Source of the DNA: an uncultured Treponemataceae bacterium
GTDB taxonomy: Bacteria; Spirochaetota; Spirochaetia; Treponematales; Rectinemataceae
Length of the DNA: 54,679 nucleotides
Assembly (NCBI GenBank): GCA_964428265.1
Contig: CAYRXK010000002.1
Span: forward strand, 1-54,679
Direction of reading: 5' to 3'
The notes beneath the pieces were generated by a model. It searched no databases, had not been told where the DNA came from, and was given only the letters and a program-made list of their open reading frames with translations. This document shows, piece by piece, positions 9,661 through 18,781 of this stretch. Made by a program: the position numbers and the translations under genes. Position 1 is the first letter of the stretch. Every line of letters begins with the position of its first letter.

Positions 9661-9680
9661 GCGCGCCGGCCGTTTCCGGC

Positions 9681-9764
9681 GAGAACGGCGGGGCCGCCCC
9701 GCGGCGGACCTGCCGTTCTCGCGATGAAGGATTCCGGCGACGCGCCGCGGTGCGGAGCCGGAAT
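9681..9764 (+). terminator. Two GC-rich hairpins in the tsf-frr spacer (possible terminator/attenuator, no U tract)
   Basis: GAGAACGGC (9681-9689) / GCCGTTCTC (9712-9720), and ATTCCGGC (9731-9738) / GCCGGAAT (9757-9764). Confidence 0.3.
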
Positions 9765-9792
9765 TTCCACGTCATGGCAAGAGGATGCACCT

Positions 9793-10347
9793 ATGGAATC
9801 TGTGAAAGCCGCCTGCGAAGAACGGATGAAAAAGACGATCGCCGCGCTGAAGGATGAGTTCAACGGGGTGCGGACCGGTAGGGCTTCGCCCTCGCTCCTG
9901 GACAAGATCCGGGTGGACTACTACGGGCAGAAGACACCCCTGTCGCAGGTGGCCACCGTATCGGTGCCGGAAGCGCGCCTTATCGTCGTGCAGCCCTGGG
10001 ACCGCACGCTGTTCTCCGAGATCGAGAAGGCCATCCTCAAGTCCGAATTGGGGCTCAATCCTTCCAACGACGGAAAGGTCATCCGCATCGCCATTCCTCC
10101 CCTCACCGAGCAGCGCCGAAAGGAGCTGGCAAAGACCGCGAAGGCCATGGCCGAGCAGTCGCGCGTATCCATCCGCAATATCCGCCGCGACGGTCTCGAA
10201 GACCTGAAAAAGCAGTCGGCCGCAGGCGGCGTGCCCGAAGACCAGGTAAAGAAGGAAGAAGACGACCTGCAGAAGGTCACCGATTCCTACATCGCCCAGG
10301 TCGCCAGGACCCTCGAAGAAAAAGAAAAAGAAATAATGGAAGTCTGA
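9793..10347 (+). CDS. frr: Ribosome recycling factor
   Basis: 184 aa from ATG 9793, with AAGAGGA upstream. RRF-like throughout (NGVRTGRASPSLLDKIRVDYYG, IRNIRRD). Confidence 0.9.
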   Translation: MESVKAACEERMKKTIAALKDEFNGVRTGRASPSLLDKIRVDYYGQKTPLSQVATVSVPEARLIVVQPWDRTLFSEIEKAILKSELGLNPSNDGKVIRIAIPPLTEQRRKELAKTAKAMAEQSRVSIRNIRRDGLEDLKKQSAAGGVPEDQVKKEEDDLQKVTDSYIAQVARTLEEKEKEIMEV

Positions 10348-10374
10348 CGCCCGCATCCCGGGCGCGGAGGACAG

Positions 10375-11073
10375 ATGACTAGCAACAACGTGCCTGCCCA
10401 TGTCGCCATCATCATGGATGGCAACGGCAGGTGGGCCAAGGCGCGGGGACTGCCCCGCACCGAAGGCCACCGCGAAGGCCTGAACGCCGCGAAGCGCATC
10501 GTCGCGGCGGCCGAGGACCTTGGCGTCCGCGTGGTATCGCTCTACACATTCTCCACCGAAAACTGGAAGCGCACCGCCGAGGAAGTCGGTTTTCTCATGG
10601 GTCTTATCCGGACCCACCTATCCGCCGAACTGGATTTCTACCGCGAACGCCGCATCCGCGTGGTGCATTCCGGCGATACCGCGGGGCTTCCCCCGGAAAT
10701 CGTGGCGGAACTGCGTTCGGTGGCGCGCGACACCGCCTCGTATGACCGGATGACGGTAAATCTGGCCATAAACTACGGCGGACGCGACGAGGTGATCCGC
10801 GCCCTGAGGAAGGCGATGGCCGCCGGAGTGTCCCCCGGAGCCCTGGACGAAGTGGCGCTCGCCGGGTTCCTGGACCAGCCAGCCCTGCCCGATCCCGACC
10901 TGATAATCCGTACGGGCGATGAGTTCCGCCTGTCCAACTTCCTTTTATGGCAGTCCGCGTATTCTGAGCTCTTCTTTTCCCCGAAGTACTGGCCCGAATT
11001 CGGCCCCGAAGACTTGCGGCGCGCGATCGAAGACTACGCGTCGCGCGAGCGGCGTTTCGGAGGCGTGAAATGA
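10375..11073 (+). CDS. uppS: Undecaprenyl-diphosphate synthase (isoprenyl transferase)
   Basis: 232 aa; HVAIIMDGNGRWA and FSTENWKR motifs. Confidence 0.95.
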   Translation: MTSNNVPAHVAIIMDGNGRWAKARGLPRTEGHREGLNAAKRIVAAAEDLGVRVVSLYTFSTENWKRTAEEVGFLMGLIRTHLSAELDFYRERRIRVVHSGDTAGLPPEIVAELRSVARDTASYDRMTVNLAINYGGRDEVIRALRKAMAAGVSPGALDEVALAGFLDQPALPDPDLIIRTGDEFRLSNFLLWQSAYSELFFSPKYWPEFGPEDLRRAIEDYASRERRFGGVK

Positions 11074-11972
11074 CCCGCAACACGTGGCAGCGCCTGTCGC
11101 TCTTCGGGCTCGGAATTCCCGCCGTCGTGGCGGCCGTGTTCCTGCTGGATTTCGGCAGGCATGTCGTTTTCGCCGCGCTGGTGTGCCTGATCTTGGCCTT
11201 CGCCGCCAAGGAGAGCGTATCCCTGTTCGCCGGATCGGGCGACGCGCCGGTGGATCCGCGCCCCTCCATCGCCGCCGCGATGTTCATGGCCATTTCCGTG
11301 TACCTGGCCTGCATCACCGCCGACCGCAACATGTCCTGGAGCGGACCGCTGCGCTTCGGCCAGCCGCTGGAAACCCTCGCCTATTCATCCACCGCCGCAT
11401 TCCTGGTGATGATCGGCCCCGCGGCCTTCGCGCGCAGGGAGAATGCGCCGCGCATCCTCCGCGATTTCGGGGCGCGCGCCTTTACTCACCTGTATGTGGG
11501 CGTCCTGGGTTCCTTCCTGATCGTGATCAGTTCCGGATTCGACCTCGGCAAGGAAGCGATCCTGAGCTTCCTTCTGGTGACCTTCGGCAATGACAGCCTG
11601 GCCTGGCTGTTCGGCATGACGATGGGCAGGACGCGCAACATCGTGCCGATGTCGCCCAACAAGAGCGTCGCCGGCTTCGCGGGCGGTTTCCTGGGATCGC
11701 TGGCGGGCGCCTTCATCGCCAAGGCCGTGTTTGTCCGCGCATCGTTTCCGGACACGACGGGCATGGTGCTCTGGTCGCTGGTGATCGCCCTTTCGGTGAT
11801 CGTCGGCGATCTGGTGGAAAGCTCGATGAAGCGGTCGGCGGGAGTTAAGGATTCCGGCACGATCGTGCCGGGCAGGGGCGGCATGCTGGACTCCTTCGAC
11901 AGTCTCCTGTTCACCGCACCGGTGTTCGTCCTGTTCGCATACGCGACCGGCGCCTTCAAGGTTCTCGGCTAG
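11070..11972 (+). CDS. cdsA: Phosphatidate cytidylyltransferase
   Basis: 300 aa polytopic protein with the CdsA C-terminal signature (SPNKSVAGF..., GDLVESSMKRSAGVKDSG, PGRGGMLDSFDS). ATGA overlap with uppS. Confidence 0.9.
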   Translation: MTRNTWQRLSLFGLGIPAVVAAVFLLDFGRHVVFAALVCLILAFAAKESVSLFAGSGDAPVDPRPSIAAAMFMAISVYLACITADRNMSWSGPLRFGQPLETLAYSSTAAFLVMIGPAAFARRENAPRILRDFGARAFTHLYVGVLGSFLIVISSGFDLGKEAILSFLLVTFGNDSLAWLFGMTMGRTRNIVPMSPNKSVAGFAGGFLGSLAGAFIAKAVFVRASFPDTTGMVLWSLVIALSVIVGDLVESSMKRSAGVKDSGTIVPGRGGMLDSFDSLLFTAPVFVLFAYATGAFKVLG

Positions 11973-11976
11973 CCGC

Positions 11977-13098
11977 ATGGGTACGCGCGTCATCGTGCTC
12001 GGGGCCACGGGCTCCATCGGCAGGCAGACCCTTCAGTGCATACACGCCGAAAACAGCCTGGATCCGGGCAGGTTCGAGGTGGTGGGCCTTTCCGCGCACC
12101 GCGGCGAAGCGGGGCTGGCAGAGGCCGGCGCGTCCTGGCCCGCCGCGGCCCGCGTGCTGAGCGGCCGACCCGACGGCGCCTCCGCCCTGGACCGAATGAT
12201 CCGCGATTCAGGCGCCGACCTGGTGGTGAACGGCATTGCCGGTGCCGCGGGCCTGGCCCCTTCGGTGGCCGCCCTGGAAAGCGGCAAGAACCTGGCGCTG
12301 GCGAACAAGGAATCGGTGGTCATGGCCTGGTCGCTGCTGTCGGATCGGGCCGCCCGGTCCGGCGCGAAGATCGTGCCGGTGGATTCCGAACATGCCGCCC
12401 TCTTCCAGTTGATCGGCCGGATCGGTGGCACCTCGATCGACGAACTGTGCATCACCGCGTCGGGCGGGCCGTTCCGCGACATGCCGGTATCGGAACTGGC
12501 CGGCGTCACGCCCGACCAGGCCGCGAAGCACCCCACCTGGAACATGGGCCGCAAGATCAGCATCGATTCCGCCACCCTGGCCAACAAGGGCCTGGAACTG
12601 ATCGAGGCTGTGCGTCTCTTCGGCGTTCCCGAATCCAGGGTAAAAGTCCTGGTGCATCCCGAGAGCATCGTACACGCCCTGGTGCGCACGATCGACGGCG
12701 CGCTGTACGCGCACCTGTCCGAACCCGACATGCGCCTTCCCATCGACATAGCCCTGCACTGGCCCGAAGAACGGCCCTGCCCCTTCGGCCGGCTGGATCT
12801 CGCCGGAAAAACGCTCGGCTTCCGCGCCCCCGATGCCGCGCGCTATCCCATGCTCGCGCTGGCACGGCGCGCCGCCGCTTCGGGCGAAGGCGCCACGATC
12901 GCGTTCAACGCCGCCGACGAAGTGGCCGTGGCCGCGTTCGAACGCGGCGATATCGGATTCATGCAGATCGCCGACCTGGTGGCCAGAACCCTCGATGCGG
13001 GCTGGATTTCACCGGAACCCGATCTGGGCAGTATATTGCGAACGGACGCCCTGGCGCGCGAAGCCGCCGGAAAGGCGCTCGCGGAGATGCGTACTTGA
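11977..13098 (+). CDS. dxr: 1-deoxy-D-xylulose 5-phosphate reductoisomerase
   Basis: 373 aa; NADPH-binding motif VLGATGSIG. DXR-like throughout (LANKES, HPxWxMG). Confidence 0.95.
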   Translation: MGTRVIVLGATGSIGRQTLQCIHAENSLDPGRFEVVGLSAHRGEAGLAEAGASWPAAARVLSGRPDGASALDRMIRDSGADLVVNGIAGAAGLAPSVAALESGKNLALANKESVVMAWSLLSDRAARSGAKIVPVDSEHAALFQLIGRIGGTSIDELCITASGGPFRDMPVSELAGVTPDQAAKHPTWNMGRKISIDSATLANKGLELIEAVRLFGVPESRVKVLVHPESIVHALVRTIDGALYAHLSEPDMRLPIDIALHWPEERPCPFGRLDLAGKTLGFRAPDAARYPMLALARRAAASGEGATIAFNAADEVAVAAFERGDIGFMQIADLVARTLDAGWISPEPDLGSILRTDALAREAAGKALAEMRT

Positions 13099-14462
13099 TG
13101 GGAATCCTTCTCGGCCTGCTCGGACTATCAGCGGTTATCGTGGTCCATGAACTCGGACATTTTTTCGCCGCCCGCGCGATGGGGGTCCAGGTGGAGGCCT
13201 TCTCGGTCGGATGGGGCCCCAGGCTCGCCGGATTCACGCGAAACGGCGTGGAGTGGCGGATATCCGCCTTTCCGCTCGGCGGCTATTGTCGCCTGAAGGG
13301 CGAGGAATCCTTCCGCAGCGCGCTTGAAAAGCGCCTGGAAACGATTCCCGCCGAACCCGGCTCATTCTACGGGGCGCATCCGCTCAGGCGAATCCTGATA
13401 GGCGCCTCGGGGCCACTGGCCAACCTGGCCTTTGCCCTCATCCTCTTTGTCATCACCTCGGCGGCGGGCACCGTCGTGTACTCATCGCCGAACCGCATCA
13501 TCCTGGCATCCGACCGCCCCGCGCTGTCGGGCGTGTCCGGTCGCGACAACCCCGCGGACCTGGCCGGCCTGAAGTCGGGCGATTTCATCCTGTCGGTCAA
13601 CGGCCGCCCCATGCCCGACTACGCCGCCCTGCAGGAAGCCATCGGCGTATCGCCCAACACGCCGCTCTCGCTGGAAGTGCAGCGCGAAGGCACCCGCCTT
13701 GCCGCCACCGTCACCCCCCGGCTGGATCCTTCCTCCGGAGCCGGCCTGATCGGCGTCTATTCCTGGACCGATCCGCTGGTCGCCACCGTGACGCCCGGCA
13801 GCGCCGCCAGCATCGCCGGCATCGAACCCGGCGACCGCATCATCAGCGTGGATGGCGCGCCCATCGCCGCCACCGTCGACCTCTACGCCGCGCTCTCGGA
13901 CCGGCCCGAACGCGTCCGGATCGAGGTCGAGCGCGGCGGCGAAAGGTTCGGGCGCGACGTCATCCTGACGTGGAAGGAAAGCGGCGATGCCGACCTGGGC
14001 GTGGGATTCGCGCTGCAGAGGCGCACGATACGTGCCGAATCGCTGCCCGCCGCCCTGGGCATGGGAATGGCCGAGACCGGCAAAACCCTGGGCCTGTCAC
14101 TGAAAAGCATCGGACTGCTCTTTTCCGGGGTGAATGTGATGAAGGCCGTATCGGGGCCCGCGCGCATCACCTGGATGGTGGGACGGACCGCCACGGAGAG
14201 CATCAGGACGGATGGCGCGGCGGGCATCACGCAGCTGCTGAGCTTCCTGGCGTTCCTGTCGGTCAGCCTTTTCGTCATGAACCTGCTGCCCGTGCCGGTC
14301 CTGGATGGCGGCCAGATCCTGCTGTTCATCGCCGAAATCCTGAAGCGCGCGCCGCTGAAGGTAAAGACCATCGCGCGCTTCCAGTATGTGGGCGCGGGCA
14401 TGATACTGCTCCTGATGCTGATGTCGACCTTTTCCGATGTGCTGTTCTTTTCGGGAAGATAG
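13098..14462 (+). CDS. rseP: RIP metalloprotease RseP (site-2 protease, PDZ-containing)
   Basis: 454 aa from ATG 13098, which overlaps the dxr stop (TGATG). Has the HELGH zinc motif in TM1, a central PDZ-like region and a C-terminal NLLPxxxLDGG motif. The track ORF start at 12036 lies inside dxr. Confidence 0.9.
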   Translation: MGILLGLLGLSAVIVVHELGHFFAARAMGVQVEAFSVGWGPRLAGFTRNGVEWRISAFPLGGYCRLKGEESFRSALEKRLETIPAEPGSFYGAHPLRRILIGASGPLANLAFALILFVITSAAGTVVYSSPNRIILASDRPALSGVSGRDNPADLAGLKSGDFILSVNGRPMPDYAALQEAIGVSPNTPLSLEVQREGTRLAATVTPRLDPSSGAGLIGVYSWTDPLVATVTPGSAASIAGIEPGDRIISVDGAPIAATVDLYAALSDRPERVRIEVERGGERFGRDVILTWKESGDADLGVGFALQRRTIRAESLPAALGMGMAETGKTLGLSLKSIGLLFSGVNVMKAVSGPARITWMVGRTATESIRTDGAAGITQLLSFLAFLSVSLFVMNLLPVPVLDGGQILLFIAEILKRAPLKVKTIARFQYVGAGMILLLMLMSTFSDVLFFSGR

Positions 14463-14530
14463 GGTAAAGGGGGCGCGGCGGCGTGCCAGCCGCTGTCTTC
14501 CGCGCAGCGCAACCGACCGCCCCAGGCGGT

Positions 14531-15874
14531 TCAATAGCCTTCGCGGCGGTCCATGTTCACGAACTTGGCGAACGAGGGCTTGAACCACACCGTGGTCTTG
14601 CCGATGGGGCCGTTGCGCTGCTTGGCGACGATCAGTTCGGTTTCCACCTGATCGGAACGTTCGTCGCGCGTTTTTCCCAGTTCACGGTCACGATGCAGGA
14701 ATATGATGAGGTCGGCGTCCTGCTCGATGGAACCCGATTCGCGCACGTCGGCCAGGTTGGGTTGCTTGCCCTCGGCTTCGCGCTTCAGCTGCGACAGCGC
14801 CACGATCGGAATGCGCAATTCGCGCGCCAACGCCTTCAGCGACCTGGAAATGGCGGAAATCTGCTCCCAGCGCGGCAGTTCGGCGTTCTCGTGCGTGATC
14901 AGGGTGATGTAATCGATGAAGATCACCTTCACCTGCCGCTCCAGCACCAGGCGCCGCGCCATGGTGCGCAATTCCAGCAGCTTCATGTTCGGCATGTCGA
15001 TGATGTACAGCGGCGCTTCGTAGATCCTGCCCGCGGCCGCCATCAGATCCTCGAAATCCGATTGGCGGACCTTGCCGGCGCGGATTTTCTCTCCGGGTAT
15101 GCGGGCTTCGGCCGAGATGATGCGCTGCATGATCGCGGATTCCGACATTTCCAGCGAGAAAAACGCGGTGGGAGTGCGCGAGCCGATGGCGATATGCGAT
15201 GCCATGGTGAGCGCCAGGGCGGTTTTTCCGACCGAGGGCCGCGCGCCGATGACGATGAACTCCGAGTTTTGCAGGCCCGAGGTCATGGAATCTAGCTCGG
15301 TCATGCCGGTGGGTATGCCGGTAAAGGCGTCGGGGCTGGAGTTCATCTTTTCGATCATCATCATCGTTTCGGGTATGAGCTCGCGCACCGAATGGTAGGT
15401 GGCGGTCTTCCGGTTCTGAGTGATGTCGAAGACGCGGCTCTGGATGGCGTCGAGGATGGGGCCGGTTTCCTGCGAATCGTCGTGGGCGCCGGCGACGATC
15501 TCGCCGGACAATTTGATGAGGTTGCGCCGGATCGACATTTCCTGCACGATCCGCGCGTAATACTCGACATTGGCGGATGACGGCGTGACCGCCGAAAGGC
15601 CGGCGATGTAGCCCGCCCCGCCAGCGCGATCCAGGGTGCCGGAAAGTCGCATTTCCTCCGAAAGCGTGATGAGGTCGGGTTTCGTGCCTTTTTCGTTCAG
15701 CGCCAATAGGCTCTGGTAGATGTCGGCGTTGGCGTTGTCGTAGAAGTCGTCGGGCCTGAGGAAGCGCACGACGGTGCCGAGCGCCTCGGGATCGATGAGG
15801 ATGGCCCCGAGGCAGGCCTGCTCGGCTTCAGGGTTGTGGGGAGGAATCCTGTCCTTCAGCAATGCGGGATTCAT
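14531..15874 (-). CDS. dnaB: Replicative DNA helicase DnaB
   Basis: 447 aa. N-terminal PPHNPEAEQACLGAIL, Walker A GARPSVGKT and a RecA-like C-domain. Normal length, so no intein. Confidence 0.95.
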   Translation of the reverse strand: MNPALLKDRIPPHNPEAEQACLGAILIDPEALGTVVRFLRPDDFYDNANADIYQSLLALNEKGTKPDLITLSEEMRLSGTLDRAGGAGYIAGLSAVTPSSANVEYYARIVQEMSIRRNLIKLSGEIVAGAHDDSQETGPILDAIQSRVFDITQNRKTATYHSVRELIPETMMMIEKMNSSPDAFTGIPTGMTELDSMTSGLQNSEFIVIGARPSVGKTALALTMASHIAIGSRTPTAFFSLEMSESAIMQRIISAEARIPGEKIRAGKVRQSDFEDLMAAAGRIYEAPLYIIDMPNMKLLELRTMARRLVLERQVKVIFIDYITLITHENAELPRWEQISAISRSLKALARELRIPIVALSQLKREAEGKQPNLADVRESGSIEQDADLIIFLHRDRELGKTRDERSDQVETELIVAKQRNGPIGKTTVWFKPSFAKFVNMDRREGY

Positions 15875-15899
15875 GATCCCTCCCCGACCCCGGAGGGTA

Positions 15900-16493
15900 T
15901 CAGCCCAGGCGACCGGCGGCTATGGCTGCCTCGAAGGCGGCGGCCTGTTCCTCGGGCGTGGTCGGCTCGGCCTCTTCGACGCGCTGCCTGCGCACGCGTT
16001 CGCGGCGGGGCTTGTCCTCGCCGGAGCTGGCGGATTCGGTCGTTACCTCGTGACCGGCGATGGCGAGGCGGATGGTGGCTTCTTCCTTTTCGTACAGGCG
16101 CACCAGGACCTTGTAGTTGCCGACGCTCTTGATCGAGCGGCCGGGAACCTCGATGCGCTTGCGGTCGACTTCGATGCCCTTCTTCAGGAGTTCGTCGGCG
16201 ACGGAGGCGCCGGTGACCGCGCCGTAGAGCTTGCCGTTGGCGCCGGCGGGCATGGAAATGACGAGTTCCTCGGCTTCCAGCTTTTCCTTCAGGGACAGCG
16301 AAGCCTGGCGCTTGCCGACCTTCAGGGCCTCGATTTCCGCCTTGCGCTTTTCGAACAGCGCGATGGTGCGGTCGGTGCAGATGAAGGCCATGCCGCGGGG
16401 AAAGAGGTAGTTGCGGGCATAACCGGGGGCGACGTCCTTGATGTCGCCGACTTCACCGAGGCTGGGGACGTCCTGATTCAGGATGACTTTCAT
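15900..16493 (-). CDS. rplI: 50S ribosomal protein L9 (with about 47-aa low-complexity C-terminal tail)
   Basis: Starts MKVILNQDVPSLGEVGDIKDVAPGYARNYLFP, with AAGGAG SD upstream of ATG 16493. ATGA overlap with the upstream membrane-protein gene. Confidence 0.9.
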   Translation of the reverse strand: MKVILNQDVPSLGEVGDIKDVAPGYARNYLFPRGMAFICTDRTIALFEKRKAEIEALKVGKRQASLSLKEKLEAEELVISMPAGANGKLYGAVTGASVADELLKKGIEVDRKRIEVPGRSIKSVGNYKVLVRLYEKEEATIRLAIAGHEVTTESASSGEDKPRRERVRRQRVEEAEPTTPEEQAAAFEAAIAAGRLG

Positions 16494-17563
16494 GCGTGTG
16501 CTCCTTTGTTCCTTCTGAACGGTATCCAGACTTCGGAAATTCCCAGGAGCGGAAGGACGACGGCAAGAAGCGTGGCCAGACCCGGCACGACAAGTGCCGC
16601 GGCGACCAGCATCGCGACGCCGGCGCGAAGCGCCCGCGGGAAATTCCATCGCGTGGTGGACAAGAACGATATGACGGCGAGCCCCTGCGCCGCGTAGCAC
16701 GCGGCACCGATGAGCGCGACGTTCCAGGCCGCATCCGCGGCGAGGCCCTCCACCTTGAGTACCAGGGTGGCGAACAGGGCGGCCCATGTGGCAAGCACGG
16801 GCCAGACAAACCACTCGGGCAATGAAAACCGCGACAGCGGCTCATGGCCCGCAGCTTCCGATTCGGGCGCGGGTTCCTGCACAGCTGCCGGCACTGCCGG
16901 CTGCGCAGTTCCGGCAAGGGCGCGCCCAGCCGGCATGCGGCGCGCGGCGATCAGGCGTCCGAGCCACCAACTGCCGCCCAGATAGGCCAGGCAGATGGCG
17001 CCGAAACCGCGCGTGACCACACGCAGCGTGGAAGCCACGGCCTCCGTGGCCAGGGCTTCCACTTCCGCGGCCTGCATGCCCCCCGCGGATGCTGCTCCGG
17101 CAGCCGCTCCGGCGCTTTCAAGCGTGCGGGTGACCGCACGTACGATCCAGCGCGTGTTCTCCGCGTCGGACGCGATGCCGGAGATGGCCGGAACCGCAAG
17201 GGACGCGATGAGCAGGGTGGCCGCCAGGATGCGCAATTGCGCCCGGGCGGGCCTGCGGATCAGGTTTACCGCCGACAGCGCTGCGAGCAGCACCGCGGGC
17301 GGCAGCATGCCCATCGCCAGCATCGGCGCGAAATCCGCCCCGATGCTGATCGCGCGCCCCAGCTGGCCGGTTGCCACCACGGCAAGCGATATGCCCGCAG
17401 CGGCAAGGCCGGTCCTGGCGCCGCCGCGCGCGAAGGCGTACTGCACGGGCACCAGGTACCCGAAGGCGAACAGGTACGACAGATACATCAGGCCCGACAG
17501 CGCTCCTGCGCGCAGCGGGACGACAAGCCCCGCTGCAGTGCCCGGCGCGGCGGACCTTTTCAT
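16490..17563 (-). CDS. Polytopic membrane protein, YybS/DUF2232-like (assigned mainly by position)
   Basis: 357 aa, Ala/Leu-rich with multiple predicted TM segments. It sits between rpsR and rplI, where Firmicutes carry yybS. Sequence-level family assignment is not verified. Confidence 0.55.
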   Translation of the reverse strand: MKRSAAPGTAAGLVVPLRAGALSGLMYLSYLFAFGYLVPVQYAFARGGARTGLAAAGISLAVVATGQLGRAISIGADFAPMLAMGMLPPAVLLAALSAVNLIRRPARAQLRILAATLLIASLAVPAISGIASDAENTRWIVRAVTRTLESAGAAAGAASAGGMQAAEVEALATEAVASTLRVVTRGFGAICLAYLGGSWWLGRLIAARRMPAGRALAGTAQPAVPAAVQEPAPESEAAGHEPLSRFSLPEWFVWPVLATWAALFATLVLKVEGLAADAAWNVALIGAACYAAQGLAVISFLSTTRWNFPRALRAGVAMLVAAALVVPGLATLLAVVLPLLGISEVWIPFRRNKGAHA

Positions 17564-17588
17564 TCGGTACGGTACGGAGCCTGCGCCG

Positions 17589-17951
17589 CTATTTCGCGAC
17601 GTAGGGCAGGAAGGCCAGCGCGCGGGCGCGCTTGATGCCGACCGCGAGGCTGCGCTGATGCTTGGAGCAGGTGCCGGTGATGCGGCGCGGCAGGATCTTT
17701 CCGCGCTCGGTCACGAAACGGCGCATGACGTCGACATCTTTGTAGTCAATCTTGAGCTTCTGCACGCAGAACTTGCAGACCTTCTTCTTGAAGAAGCCCT
17801 TGCCCCGGCGGGGACCGGAGCCGCGTTCGTCGCCGCGGCCTTCGCCATCACGGCGGCCCTCGCCATCGCGGCGGCCTTCGCCGTCACGCCTGGCTTCCAT
17901 CTCTCCTTCGGCCCGGGGGCGGGCGTCGGTCATCTCTCTGGTATCGGACAT
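17589..17951 (-). CDS. rpsR: 30S ribosomal protein S18 with about 45-aa N-terminal extension
   Basis: The C-terminal 75 aa (KKKVCKFC...[27 protein letters not shown]) are canonical S18. AAGGAG lies 7 nt upstream of ATG 17951. There is no internal ATG after the repeat region. Confidence 0.9.
   Translation of the reverse strand: MSDTREMTDARPRAEGEMEARRDGEGRRDGEGRRDGEGRGDERGSGPRRGKGFFKKKVCKFCVQKLKIDYKDVDVMRRFVTERGKILPRRITGTCSKHQRSLAVGIKRARALAFLPYVAK
17839..17892. repeat. 3 x 18-bp in-frame tandem repeat inside rpsR (encodes RRDGEG x3)
   Basis: GCCTTCGCCATCACGGCG / GCCCTCGCCATCGCGGCG / GCCTTCGCCGTCACGCCT on the plus strand. Confidence 0.85.
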
Positions 17952-17972
17952 GGCGTATCTCCTTGTGATCTA

Positions 17973-18461
17973 TCAGAACGGAATATCGTCGGGAAAGTCG
18001 TCCGCGCCGGCCGAAGGCGCCGACTGGGGACGTGCGGGCGCCGGGCGCGCGGATTCGCGGGCGCCGTAGGGAGCCGCCTGCGGAGCGCGGCCCGAATCGC
18101 CGCCCTGGGTCTGGCCGAAGCCGGCTCCCTGGCCGGAAGCCGATCCGACGAGCTGGACGTCGTTCGCGGTGATGCGCACTTTCATGCGCTGCTGGCCGTC
18201 CTTTTCCCAGCGGTCCTGCCGCATGTCGCCCTGGACCGCCACCAGCTTTCCCTTGGTGAGGTACTGGTTGATCGATTCGGCGCGCTTGCCCCAGAGATCG
18301 ACGTCCCAGAAACTGGATTCGTCCACCCACTGGTCCTGCTTCTTTACCCGGGAGCTCGTGGCTACCGAGAACGAACACACCGGCTGGCCGGAGCTCGTAT
18401 ACTTGAGCTCGGCGTCGCGGGTGAGCCTGCCGACGATCACGGCGACGGAAAGGTCTCCCAT
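17973..18461 (-). CDS. ssb: Single-stranded DNA-binding protein
   Basis: 162 aa: OB-fold N-domain, Gly/Gln/Pro-rich linker and canonical acidic tip DDIPF. AGGAGG SD. Confidence 0.95.
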   Translation of the reverse strand: MGDLSVAVIVGRLTRDAELKYTSSGQPVCSFSVATSSRVKKQDQWVDESSFWDVDLWGKRAESINQYLTKGKLVAVQGDMRQDRWEKDGQQRMKVRITANDVQLVGSASGQGAGFGQTQGGDSGRAPQAAPYGARESARPAPARPQSAPSAGADDFPDDIPF

Positions 18462-18499
18462 GCTGCAAGCCTCCTGGCGTCAGGACCCGACGGTTCGGG

Positions 18500-18781
18500 T
18501 CAGGCTTCCACCTTGACGAACAAATACTTGAGAAGGTTGGGGGTAAGCTTGAACGTGCGCTCGATCGGCACGATCTTCTGGGGATCGAGGTTCATGCGGA
18601 ACAGGATGTAGTGTCCGCGATCCTTTTTCTTGATCTGGTACGCGAGGGGGCGATCGCCCATGTCCTCTTCCTTGACGTCGACGGCTCCCTGGCGGGCAAG
18701 CTCGGCGACCACGGCTTCCTTGCCGGCGCGGAAGACGTCGTCTTCCGAGGGCAGGACGGCTACGAGTTCGTATTGTCTCAT
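18500..18781 (-). CDS. rpsF: 30S ribosomal protein S6
   Basis: 93 aa from MRQYELVAVL, with GAGGAA upstream of ATG 18781. The longer track ORF (to 18889) adds a non-S6 leader. Confidence 0.9.
   Translation of the reverse strand: MRQYELVAVLPSEDDVFRAGKEAVVAELARQGAVDVKEEDMGDRPLAYQIKKKDRGHYILFRMNLDPQKIVPIERTFKLTPNLLKYLFVKVEA

Noticed and set aside
14531-15874. Intein or insertion in dnaB
   Set aside because: The product is 447 aa with contiguous helicase motifs, which is the normal length.
17839-17892. CRISPR-like or other non-coding arrays (the 18-bp, 9-bp and 17-bp tandem repeats)
   Set aside because: They have only 2-3 copies and no spacers. All are in-frame within coding sequence or at a gene end. 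No cas genes are present.
16995-18611. 538-aa plus-strand ORF opposite the DUF2232-like gene, rpsR, ssb and rpsF
   Set aside because: It lies opposite four genes with strong SDs and canonical products. It has no start context and is a compositional artefact.
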